Of a DNA stretch of 64,000 bases, positions 44,650-51,808 are shown piece after piece (the first letter of the stretch is position 1; every line of letters starts with the position of its first letter). The stretch covers positions 19,082 through 83,081 of the forward strand of contig CAYRNZ010000001.1 in NCBI GenBank assembly GCA_964425765.1, read 5' to 3'. This stretch comes from an uncultured Synergistaceae bacterium (GTDB lineage: Bacteria > Synergistota > Synergistia > Synergistales > 79-D21). A program made the translations under genes and the position numbers. A model generated the notes under the pieces. That model was not told where the DNA came from. It saw nothing but the letters and a program-made list of their open reading frames with translations, and did no database searches.

Positions 44650-45207
44650 CTAGTTGAACTTGACCTGGGGAGTCTTCCGTTCCCCTTCGTCCTCGAGCTC
44701 GAAGAAATCGCCCTTGCCGAAGCCGCCCAGCCTGGCGACGAAGTTGCTGGGGAAGCTCTCGACGAGTACGTTGTTCTCCCGGACAGTGCCGTTGTAGTAC
44801 CGGCGGGCCATCTGGATCTGGTCTTCTATCTCCGACAGGCTTTTCTGGAGTTCGAGGAAGTTCGTGTTGGCCTTCAGTTCAGGGTAGGCTTCCGCGACCG
44901 CGAAGAGGGTCCGGAGGGACGCCGTCAGGCCCGTTTCGGCGGCAGCCTGTTCCTTGACCGAGCCTGCCGAGATCGACTGGGCGCGGGAAGCCGCCACCTT
45001 CTCGAAGACTTCCTTTTCGTGGGTCGCGTAACCCTTTACCGTTTCGACGAGGTTCGGGATCAGGTCGACCCTCCGCTTCAGCTGGACATCGACCCCGCTC
45101 CAGGCTTCGGCCATCATGTTCTTCAGGCGGACGAACCGGTTGTAGATCGAGACTCCCCAACCGAGCACGAGTACGGCTGCCGCGGCGATGATTCCGATTA
45201 CCAACAT
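44650..45207 (-). CDS. lemA: LemA-family protein
   Basis: Track ORF (44650..45996) trimmed to ATG 45207 (GGGAGGA 6 nt upstream). N-terminal TM helix, then YNRFVRLKNMMAEAWSGVDVQLKRRVDLIPNLVETVKGYATHEKEVF, a very typical LemA core. 13-nt gap to the DUF2207 gene. Confidence 0.88.
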   Translation of the reverse strand: MLVIGIIAAAAVLVLGWGVSIYNRFVRLKNMMAEAWSGVDVQLKRRVDLIPNLVETVKGYATHEKEVFEKVAASRAQSISAGSVKEQAAAETGLTASLRTLFAVAEAYPELKANTNFLELQKSLSEIEDQIQMARRYYNGTVRENNVLVESFPSNFVARLGGFGKGDFFELEDEGERKTPQVKFN

Positions 45208-45275
45208 GGCGATTCCTCCCATCGGGGAATGGCTTCGGCTCCATTGTAGCCCAAGAGGCCGGGAAAAGGAGGACG

Positions 45276-45298
45276 TGATAGAATTGCAACCGGTTGAA
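45276..45298 (+). promoter_or_regulatory. extended -10 promoter plus LacI-type palindromic operator candidate
   Basis: TGaTAGAAT (45276-45284) is followed directly by TGCAACC|GGTTGAA (45285-45298; 12 of 14 positions palindromic, core CAACCGGTTG perfect). Lies about 20 nt upstream of the lacI-like ATG, in the region divergent from lemA. Confidence 0.35.
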
Positions 45299-45315
45299 CG
45301 GAAGGGGCGTGACGC

Positions 45316-46143
45316 ATGAGGGTAACGATGGTCCAGGTCGCCGGGGAGGCGGGGGTCGACAAGGCCACGGTGAGCCGGGCCCTGAAAGGCGACCCCCGCA
45401 TATCCCTGGCCACCAGGGAGAGAGTCTGGGAAGCCGCCAGGAGGCTCGGCTACGAGCCGGACGCCATGGCCAAGGGGCTTTCCAGCAGCAGGAGCGGGAT
45501 GATCGCGGTCGTCCTGCGCTCCCTGTCGCCCTGCTGGACGGGGCTCTTCCTCGAAGGGGTCGAGCGCGTGGTGGCGAAGGGGCGGATGGATTTCATCGTG
45601 CGCTCGACGGGCGGCCAGCCGGGCGTGCGAGAAAACCTCATGAGGACGATCTCGGCCCGCAGGGTCGACGGCCTTGTCTGGGTCGATCCCGGGATGCCCC
45701 GGTTGCCGGGGGTCCCGACGGTCGCGGTGGGTTTCCCCCTGGAGGGGGCCATGTCCGTCGTCACGGACCTGGAGGAGGCCCGGCGGCTGCTTGCCCTTGT
45801 GTCCGGGAAAGCCGGGCTTTTCCACAGGGCCGGCCCGGATGCTCTTTTCCCGGGACTCGCGGGATCGCTGGAAAACGCACCTGAGGGCGGCGTGGCCGCT
45901 CCCGCCTGGGTCTTCTGCGACGGGACCCCCCCGGGAGAGGGTGAACGGGCCATCCTGTCCTGCGGGAAGCTCTCTGCACACTTTGCTGCATCCCACCCGG
46001 TGCTCGTCTGGCCGGCTTTTGAAACCGGGGTGATCGCCGCGCGGCTTCTTTTGAACTCCATGAAAGGACAGCAGCCGCTCCCGGATGTAGTGATGGTGCG
46101 CCCTCGGCTTGAAGCAGCCGAGGACTCGGGGTTGTCGGATTGA
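45316..46143 (+). CDS. LacI-family transcriptional regulator (short effector domain)
   Basis: 275-aa ORF. N-terminal HTH VTMVQVAGEAGVDKATVSRALKGDPRISLATRERVWEAARRLGYEPD, then a periplasmic-binding-protein-like domain about 50 aa shorter than usual. Confidence 0.8.
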   Translation: MRVTMVQVAGEAGVDKATVSRALKGDPRISLATRERVWEAARRLGYEPDAMAKGLSSSRSGMIAVVLRSLSPCWTGLFLEGVERVVAKGRMDFIVRSTGGQPGVRENLMRTISARRVDGLVWVDPGMPRLPGVPTVAVGFPLEGAMSVVTDLEEARRLLALVSGKAGLFHRAGPDALFPGLAGSLENAPEGGVAAPAWVFCDGTPPGEGERAILSCGKLSAHFAASHPVLVWPAFETGVIAARLLLNSMKGQQPLPDVVMVRPRLEAAEDSGLSD

Positions 46144-46191
46144 AATTTTCAGACAGCTTTAGTTTACTTATACAATATAAATAAACTGGCG

Positions 46192-46220
46192 TTGACTCTT
46201 CCCGAAACTTCTGGTATAAC
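46192..46220 (+). promoter_or_regulatory. sigma70-like promoter in AT-rich patch upstream of the leader / small ORF / ABC genes
   Basis: TTGACT (46192-46197), 17 nt, TATAAC (46215-46220). Preceded by an AT-rich UP-like stretch (ttacttatacaatataaataaa). Confidence 0.55.
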
Positions 46221-46376
46221 AAGCCGAAGAAAGGGAACGGGGGTTATGGAATGGAATTTTGCAGTGTCCCGACCAGCCGAATGAGACGAGCGAGACGTAG
46301 CCTCGAGGGCGTTGGAGTTTCCGGCGCCGCGGGACTTCCCGCGCGGCCTGTGGATTTCGGCAAGGGAGGGTTCGAT

Positions 46377-46568
46377 ATGTGGATGAAGGATTCTAAAGGC
46401 AACTGGTACATGGCGGGGCAAGAACCGATACAGGGCATTTCCGAGGTAGCGGGCGGCTGGGAGAAGGACAGTTCCGGCGGGTGGGTTTTCCTGGCGACGA
46501 CCGTAGGCAGCCTGACCGGCGTGAAGGGGCAGGCTTCAATTCCGGTGCATACCCCGGTGGCCCTGTAG
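46377..46568 (+). CDS. 63-aa protein with two W-x-KDS-x-G-x-W repeats, unknown function
   Basis: Track ORF (46251..46568) trimmed to ATG 46377, which follows AAGGGAGGG by 6 nt. MWMKDSKGNWYMAG… and …GGWEKDSSGGWVFLA repeat the same motif, reminiscent of cell-wall/choline-binding-type repeats. No signal peptide. Whether it is coding remains uncertain. Confidence 0.4.
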   Translation: MWMKDSKGNWYMAGQEPIQGISEVAGGWEKDSSGGWVFLATTVGSLTGVKGQASIPVHTPVAL

Positions 46569-46598
46569 GGCCGGCAAGAAACGATACCGATTACCCGA

Positions 46599-46640
46599 GG
46601 GGCGGCAGGCGCAGAAATGCGCGGGCCGCCCCCTTTCGTT
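46599..46640 (+). terminator. GC hairpin (terminator/attenuator candidate) between the small ORF and the ABC permease gene
   Basis: GGGGCGGC-aGGCGCagaaatGCGCgg-GCCGCCCC followed by ctttcgtttcgg (interrupted T-tract). The track's ATG 46617 lies inside this hairpin. Confidence 0.35.
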
Positions 46641-46706
46641 TCGGCTATACTGGCCCCGGGAGGGACTTCCATCCCCCCCTTTCGAAGACGAGGAGGGTCG
46701 GTTGCC

Positions 46707-47699
46707 TTGAGAAGGACCGGCGACAAATCCCTGTTGTTTACGGCCGCTGCCGGTTTGGGCGCTTCGCTCCTGGCCGCTTTCGCGTTGTCCCTCCTTTCGG
46801 GGGATGTCGCACTTTCCCCGATGGAAGTGATTTCCATCCTGGCCTCGGGCCCCGGCGCGGCCGACGGAAACTCCGGCGCCATGGCGTCCGCCGTCGTTTG
46901 GCAGGTTCGGTTGCCCCGGTCCCTCACGGCTCTTTCCACCGGTGCCGGGCTGGCGGGTTGCGGGGTCCTTTTCCAGGCCCTCCTCCTGAACCCGCTGGCC
47001 GAACCCTACACGCTCGGGGTCGCCTCCGGCGCCGCTTTCGGAGCGGCCGTGGCGATCTCGTTCCACCTGCCTTTCCTGACCTTCTGGGCTTTTTGCGGCA
47101 GCCTCGCCGCCCTGGGCGTGGTCCTGGCGCTGGGAGGGAAGGGGGCGCTGCGGGAGCCGACACGCATGATCCTTGCGGGGGTCGTCGTGGGAAGCATCCT
47201 CAGCGCGGCCATCGCCCTCGTGAAGTCCCTTTCCGGCCAGATGATGGCGGCCATCGTCCTGTGGATCATGGGGAGCTTTTCCGGCTCCAACTGGACGAGC
47301 ACGGCCTGGTGCCTTCCGGCCGCGTTCGTCGTACTCGGCCTCGGGCTCGGGTTCCACAGGGATCTCGACATCGTGTCCTCGGGAAGCCCCGCGGTGGTCC
47401 TCGGTGTAGACGAACCCCGCCTCAGGCTGGGGCTGCTCCTGGCCTCGTCCCTGGCGACGGCGGTTTTCGTCTCGTTTTCCGGCGTGGTCGGCTTCGTCGG
47501 CCTCGTGGTCCCCCACCTGGTAAGGATCATCGCCGGCCCGTCGCACTCGCGGCTTATGCCCCTGTCCTTCCTCGGCGGGGGTCTCCTGATGCTGGTCGCG
47601 GACCAGGCGGCCCGCGGGCTGGCGGAAATCCCGGTAGGGGTGATCACGGCCCTGGTCGGAGGCCCCGTCTTCTGCCTTCTTCTATGGAGGCGGGCGTGA
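46707..47699 (+). CDS. FecCD/BtuC-family ABC permease (corrinoid/siderophore/heme type)
   Basis: Start moved to TTG 46707 (GAGGAGGG 9 nt upstream); the track start 46617 lies in the hairpin. N-terminus LRRTGDKSLLFTAAAGLGASLLAAFALSLLSGDVALSPMEVISIL is typical of BtuC/FhuB-type permeases. About 9-10 TM helices. Confidence 0.85.
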   Translation: MRRTGDKSLLFTAAAGLGASLLAAFALSLLSGDVALSPMEVISILASGPGAADGNSGAMASAVVWQVRLPRSLTALSTGAGLAGCGVLFQALLLNPLAEPYTLGVASGAAFGAAVAISFHLPFLTFWAFCGSLAALGVVLALGGKGALREPTRMILAGVVVGSILSAAIALVKSLSGQMMAAIVLWIMGSFSGSNWTSTAWCLPAAFVVLGLGLGFHRDLDIVSSGSPAVVLGVDEPRLRLGLLLASSLATAVFVSFSGVVGFVGLVVPHLVRIIAGPSHSRLMPLSFLGGGLLMLVADQAARGLAEIPVGVITALVGGPVFCLLLWRRA

Positions 47700-48457
47700 T
47701 GCTGGAGGCTCGGAAGGTTTCGGCCGGTTACACGGAGCGGCCGGTCATCCGGGAACTTTCCCTCGAACTGCGCCGGGGAGAACTCCTGGCCCTCCTCGGG
47801 CCGAACGGGAGCGGGAAAAGCACGCTGCTGTCCGCTCTCTGCGGGGTTTTGCCCTGGCGTTCGGGGGAAGTTCTCCTTGAAGGCAGCCCCATCGAGGAGA
47901 TGGACCGCCGCAGCCTCTCCAGGAAAATCTCCTACGTGCCGCAGCAATCGGCCTTCGTGCAGGGTTTTACCGTGGAGGAGATCGTCCTGATGGGGAGGTC
48001 CTGCTGGCTGGGGACGTTCGAGAGGCCGGGCGAAAGGGACCTGGCGCTCGTGGAATCGGCGGTCGGGATCATGGACCTGCGGGAGGTCCGGTCAAAATCG
48101 GTCCTCGAGATTTCCGGCGGGGAAGCCCAGAGGGCCTGCCTGGCCAGGGCCCTGGCGCAGGATACTCCCGTGGCGCTCTTCGACGAACCGACGTCCTCCC
48201 TCGACCCCCGGCATGCCCTCCTCGTGATGCAGAGGCTCTCGTCGATGGCACGCGAAGGCAGGGCCGTGGCGGTGGCTCTCCACGACGTGAACCTTGCCCT
48301 GAGGTATGCCGGCCGGATGGCTTTCCTGAAGGAGGGGTGCCTGCTGGGCGTCCGTACTCCCCCCGAGGTGGACGGGCCCATCCTGGAATCCGTCTTCGAC
48401 GTCGGGTGGAATTTCGCCGGGACATCCCCCGGCTCCCGACTGGCTTTCCCCGTTTAG
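47699..48457 (+). CDS. ABC transporter ATP-binding protein (BtuD/FecE type)
   Basis: Real frame is the 3' part of track ORF 46481..48457. ATG 47699 overlaps the permease stop (TGATG). Walker A GPNGSGKST, signature ISGGE, Walker B ALFDEPTSSLD. Confidence 0.9.
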   Translation: MLEARKVSAGYTERPVIRELSLELRRGELLALLGPNGSGKSTLLSALCGVLPWRSGEVLLEGSPIEEMDRRSLSRKISYVPQQSAFVQGFTVEEIVLMGRSCWLGTFERPGERDLALVESAVGIMDLREVRSKSVLEISGGEAQRACLARALAQDTPVALFDEPTSSLDPRHALLVMQRLSSMAREGRAVAVALHDVNLALRYAGRMAFLKEGCLLGVRTPPEVDGPILESVFDVGWNFAGTSPGSRLAFPV

Positions 48458-48463
48458 GGCCGT

Positions 48464-50272
48464 CTAGGAGAGGAAGGAGAAGACCGCGTTCAGGAGCCCG
48501 CCGGCGGTAAACGCCGTCGCCAGCATGATGGCGAGGCTCTTGACGGTGTCCCTGCCCCCCAGTTCCTTCCAGAGGACCACGAAGGTGGCGATGCAGGGAA
48601 ACGTCATCGACAGGGTGACGGTCGCCACCACCAGCTGTTCAGGCGTAAGCCCCAGGGGAACGAGCATCCCCACGGCCACGTCCTTTCTCAGGATCCCCAG
48701 GAGGATGGCCCCTGCAGCCGAAGAAGGCAGGCCCAGGACAAAATTGAACAGCGGCGCCACCGCATTGGAAAGAAATCCGATGACCCCGGCCGTGGTCAAC
48801 AGGTTCGCGAGAAGTATCCCTCCCAGGACGAGAGGCGTCGCCTCGACGAGGAACCCCCTGATCCTGAACCAGAGCTTCATGGAAAAGGCCCGCAGCGACG
48901 GCAGCCTGTACGGGGGGATTTCAACGATCAGCTCCGGGCTGTAGCCCGGAAGCAGCTTGTGCATCAGCCTGCCGAGCACGATCCAGGAAACGAAGAGGGC
49001 ACCGTAGACTAGGAGCACGTACCTCAGGCCGATATTGCCCAGCACCCCGACCACCATGGCCTGCAGCGCCGCGCACGGGATCGCTACGGAGATCAGCGTC
49101 GCGGCGATGAATCTCTCCCGCCTCGACTCCAGGACCCTCGTGGCGAGGATGCCCGGGACGTTGCACCCAAGGCCGAGGAGGGTCGGGATCACGGCGTAGC
49201 CGTGTATCCCGATCCGGTGGAGCAGCGCGTCGAACAGGATGGCGAGGCGGGGCAGGTAACCGGAATCCTCGAGGAAGCTAAGCACGGCGTAAAAGGCCAC
49301 GATGTACGGGAGCACCATGACGAATTCGACGTAAAGCCCCGTCGACAGGACCCCGAAACTCTGCTCGAAGTCGATCTGCCCGTCGAAAAGCGTTCCGACC
49401 AGGAGCGTGTGCAGGAAGGATCCCGGGCCCAGGATGTCTGAGAGTTTCATGAGGACCGGCCTGGCGGCGGACTCGAAGAACGGGTCCAGGAGCAGGTTGA
49501 TGAGCCCTTCCCCGATTTCGCGCACGGCCATGTAGCTGAGCGAGAGCACCGACAATCCGATCAGGGCCCCCCAGAACTTGTGGACGCTGGCGTCCTCGAG
49601 CCGGTCCCTGAAGGTGTGGTGACGGTGCACCACCTTCTGCACGCGGTTGACGATGGACCCGATCGCCTGCCACCGGGACTCCGGCGGGGTCGCGGTGAGG
49701 GGGGAGACGCGGGCCTCGTCGAGCCGGGCGACCAGTTCCCGTATACCCTGTCCCGTTACGGCGACCGTCGGGACGACCGGGACACCCAGTTCCGTTTCGA
49801 GGGCGGCGCTGTCCACGATGATGCCGCTGTGGCGGGCCTCGTCCACCATGTTGAGGGCCACGACGGATGGGATCCCCCTTTCGAGGACCTGCAGGGCGAG
49901 GACCAGGTTCCTCTCGAGGGCCGTGGCGTCGAGGACGATGATGATTTTTTCTCCGCCTTCGGCCACCAGTTTCCGGGCGATCTCTTCCGCCTCGTTGGTC
50001 GGTTCGAGGGTGTAGGCTCCGGGGACGTCGACCAGTCGGTAGCACGCCCCCTCTGTCCGGAGAGTCCCTTCCATGAAGCCTACCGTGGTCCCGGGGTAGT
50101 TGGACGAGATGGCGTGCACGCCGGTGAGGCGGGAAAAGAAGGCGCTCTTCCCGACGTTGGGGTTCCCGGTCAGGAGGATGCGTTTCGTACATTCGGGGGC
50201 CGGGGTCCCGCCGGGAGCGGGGGCCTGGAGGCAGCCGCCGCAGCTCGAGCAGCGGCCGTCGCAATGACCCAT
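48464..50272 (-). CDS. feoB: ferrous iron transporter FeoB with Cys-rich N-terminal extension
   Basis: Track ORF trimmed to ATG 50272 (1-nt overlap with the feoA stop). G-domain LLTGNPNVGKSAFF…, polytopic C-terminal half. Preceded by MGHCDGRCSSCGGCLQAPAPGGTPAPEC. Confidence 0.9.
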   Translation of the reverse strand: MGHCDGRCSSCGGCLQAPAPGGTPAPECTKRILLTGNPNVGKSAFFSRLTGVHAISSNYPGTTVGFMEGTLRTEGACYRLVDVPGAYTLEPTNEAEEIARKLVAEGGEKIIIVLDATALERNLVLALQVLERGIPSVVALNMVDEARHSGIIVDSAALETELGVPVVPTVAVTGQGIRELVARLDEARVSPLTATPPESRWQAIGSIVNRVQKVVHRHHTFRDRLEDASVHKFWGALIGLSVLSLSYMAVREIGEGLINLLLDPFFESAARPVLMKLSDILGPGSFLHTLLVGTLFDGQIDFEQSFGVLSTGLYVEFVMVLPYIVAFYAVLSFLEDSGYLPRLAILFDALLHRIGIHGYAVIPTLLGLGCNVPGILATRVLESRRERFIAATLISVAIPCAALQAMVVGVLGNIGLRYVLLVYGALFVSWIVLGRLMHKLLPGYSPELIVEIPPYRLPSLRAFSMKLWFRIRGFLVEATPLVLGGILLANLLTTAGVIGFLSNAVAPLFNFVLGLPSSAAGAILLGILRKDVAVGMLVPLGLTPEQLVVATVTLSMTFPCIATFVVLWKELGGRDTVKSLAIMLATAFTAGGLLNAVFSFLS

Positions 50273-50520
50273 CAGTCGACTTCTCCCGTGGATTCCGCCG
50301 TTTCGACGATCAGGTGGGAGGAAACGCCGTGCCCGATCGCGATCTGCCGCTGGTCGAGGAGGATCGTCACCGGCCCGTGGAAAGGCATGCCGGAGACCTT
50401 CACGAACGCCTTGCCCGGGTAGAGGCCGAGGGCTTCGAGCCTCTTGCCGCATTCCCCGGCGGGCATTTTGGAGACGATCGCCCGGGCTCCGTCCTCTAGG
50501 GCGTTTAAAGTTAGCTTCAT
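50272..50520 (-). CDS. feoA: FeoA-family protein
   Basis: Start set at ATG 50520 (MKLTLNALEDG…), because the track start 50547 lies at the predicted TSS/operator. SH3-like FeoA pattern …GKRLEALGLYPGKAFVKV…. Confidence 0.85.
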   Translation of the reverse strand: MKLTLNALEDGARAIVSKMPAGECGKRLEALGLYPGKAFVKVSGMPFHGPVTILLDQRQIAIGHGVSSHLIVETAESTGEVD

Positions 50521-50539
50521 CAGAATCCCCATCCCTATT

Positions 50540-50553
50540 TTAGGCATGCCTAA
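50540..50553. promoter_or_regulatory. perfect 14-bp palindrome TTAGGCATGCCTAA (operator candidate) at the feoA transcription start
   Basis: Read directly. Abuts the -10 hexamer of the feoA promoter candidate. The outer half-sites TTAGG/CCTAA resemble DtxR/IdeR-type boxes, not the Fur box. Confidence 0.4.
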
Positions 50554-50582
50554 CTTATAGCCGAGTCTACCTGCGGTGTCAA
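50554..50582 (-). promoter_or_regulatory. near-consensus sigma70 promoter for feoAB
   Basis: Minus strand: TTGACA (50582-50577), 17 nt, TATAAG (50559-50554). Confidence 0.55.
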
Positions 50583-50593
50583 GATGGCGCGGA

Positions 50594-51808
50594 TCAGGCT
50601 ATCCCGGTGAGCGCTTTCAGGAACATCGTGGCATATGAGCTTTTCGGCAGGAAGAACCCCATCGGGCGGCAGAGCTTGCCGGGATAGGCCCCGTCAGGCT
50701 CCGGCGGAAAGAGCACCAGGTCCTTCGGCATGCAGACGGCCCTCCTGGGAAACGATTTGAAAAAGCTTTTCCTGACCCCACGGAGGTTGAACTGCGGGCG
50801 CCTGACACCCCTCTCTTCGAGCACGCCGTCCATGATCCGCCGGGTCCCTTCGTCCACCGGGCCCAGTTTTCCCGCTTCTGTCGGAACGACCGCTTCGGCC
50901 AGGGGGTTGTTCCCCTGCGGCTCCAGGCTGCCGAAGTGGAGGGTGGGCGCGACCCTTCCGTGGACTTCGAAGGTTTGCCGACCGTAAAGCCCGACGAGTT
51001 TCCGCAGGGTTTCGTTCCAGAGGAATGACTGGTAGGCCGAGAAGGCCATGGACAGCGTTTCCCTCGGGATGGCGTTGACGGCCCGAAGCATCCCCTGGCG
51101 GGAGGGATCCGAGACGAGGATGCGGGCGACCTGGTTTTCGTCCCTTGTCCGGCTGAGGGACGCCACTTTCGCCCAGTTGCCCCAGTTTTCCCGGCGCATG
51201 GATTTCAGGGCCTTCAGGGGGGAGGGGTCCTCCGGGTGGACGGCGCAGAAAAACAGCTGGAGCGCCCCGGACAATTCTCCGCGGATGAGTCTCTCCGCCA
51301 GGAAGGCGCCTTCCGAGACGCTCCCGAAACGCTGGTCGTCGAAGTAGTTCGCGAACCCCCACCTTTGCACCCGCTCCGTTCCCGTCTCGAGCGACGCCGA
51401 TTCCTTCAAGGAAAGGTCCCTGACGGTGATGCGGAACTCGTTCCCCAGGAGGTGCAGGGAGGAGATGAAATCGCTGGCGAAGCCTTCGCGGCTTACCGAA
51501 ACGTTCCTGGATTCGAAATCGAGGGTGTACCTGGAGGGCACTGAAAGGAACTGTACCGTACTGGCGTGCCGGTCCTTTTTTCCGCCGTAGCCGATGGCCG
51601 AGACCGGGACGCCGTTGGCCCGGGCTGCCGCGGCGATCGCGTCGACGGTATTCCAGCCGCGCTTTTTCAGGCTGTAGATCGCGTAAGTCCCGCCGGTGGC
51701 GTTGATCGGCAGGTCCAGCCTTTCCGTCACCTGGAAATCCTCTGGGAGCACCTTGATTTTCACCACACCGCCTCGCTTTCGCTCGAAACTGTCAAGTACC
51801 CGCCTCAC
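50594..51808 (-). CDS. truD: tRNA pseudouridine(13) synthase TruD
   Basis: 404-aa ORF. N-terminal PEDFQVTE motif and the catalytic-Asp loop GYGGKKDRHA. GTG start overlaps the tonB stop (GTGA). Confidence 0.85.
   Translation of the reverse strand: MRRVLDSFERKRGGVVKIKVLPEDFQVTERLDLPINATGGTYAIYSLKKRGWNTVDAIAAAARANGVPVSAIGYGGKKDRHASTVQFLSVPSRYTLDFESRNVSVSREGFASDFISSLHLLGNEFRITVRDLSLKESASLETGTERVQRWGFANYFDDQRFGSVSEGAFLAERLIRGELSGALQLFFCAVHPEDPSPLKALKSMRRENWGNWAKVASLSRTRDENQVARILVSDPSRQGMLRAVNAIPRETLSMAFSAYQSFLWNETLRKLVGLYGRQTFEVHGRVAPTLHFGSLEPQGNNPLAEAVVPTEAGKLGPVDEGTRRIMDGVLEERGVRRPQFNLRGVRKSFFKSFPRRAVCMPKDLVLFPPEPDGAYPGKLCRPMGFFLPKSSYATMFLKALTGIA

Noticed and set aside
46221-46376. Cobalamin riboswitch upstream of the BtuCD-like genes.
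   Set aside because: The AGGGAA element and a GCAGUGUCCCG stretch resemble part of the cobalamin core. However, I could not find the GGUGAAAAUCC-type loop, the GCCACUG element or the B12 box (AGYCMGGAGACCKGCC-like). Kept only as an unclassified structured leader; an Infernal/Rfam scan is needed.
50540-50553. Fur box at the feoA promoter.
   Set aside because: TTAGGCATGCCTAA shares no meaningful identity with the 19-bp Fur consensus or its GATAAT hexamer repeats. Retained as an operator for an unidentified (possibly DtxR-like) regulator.
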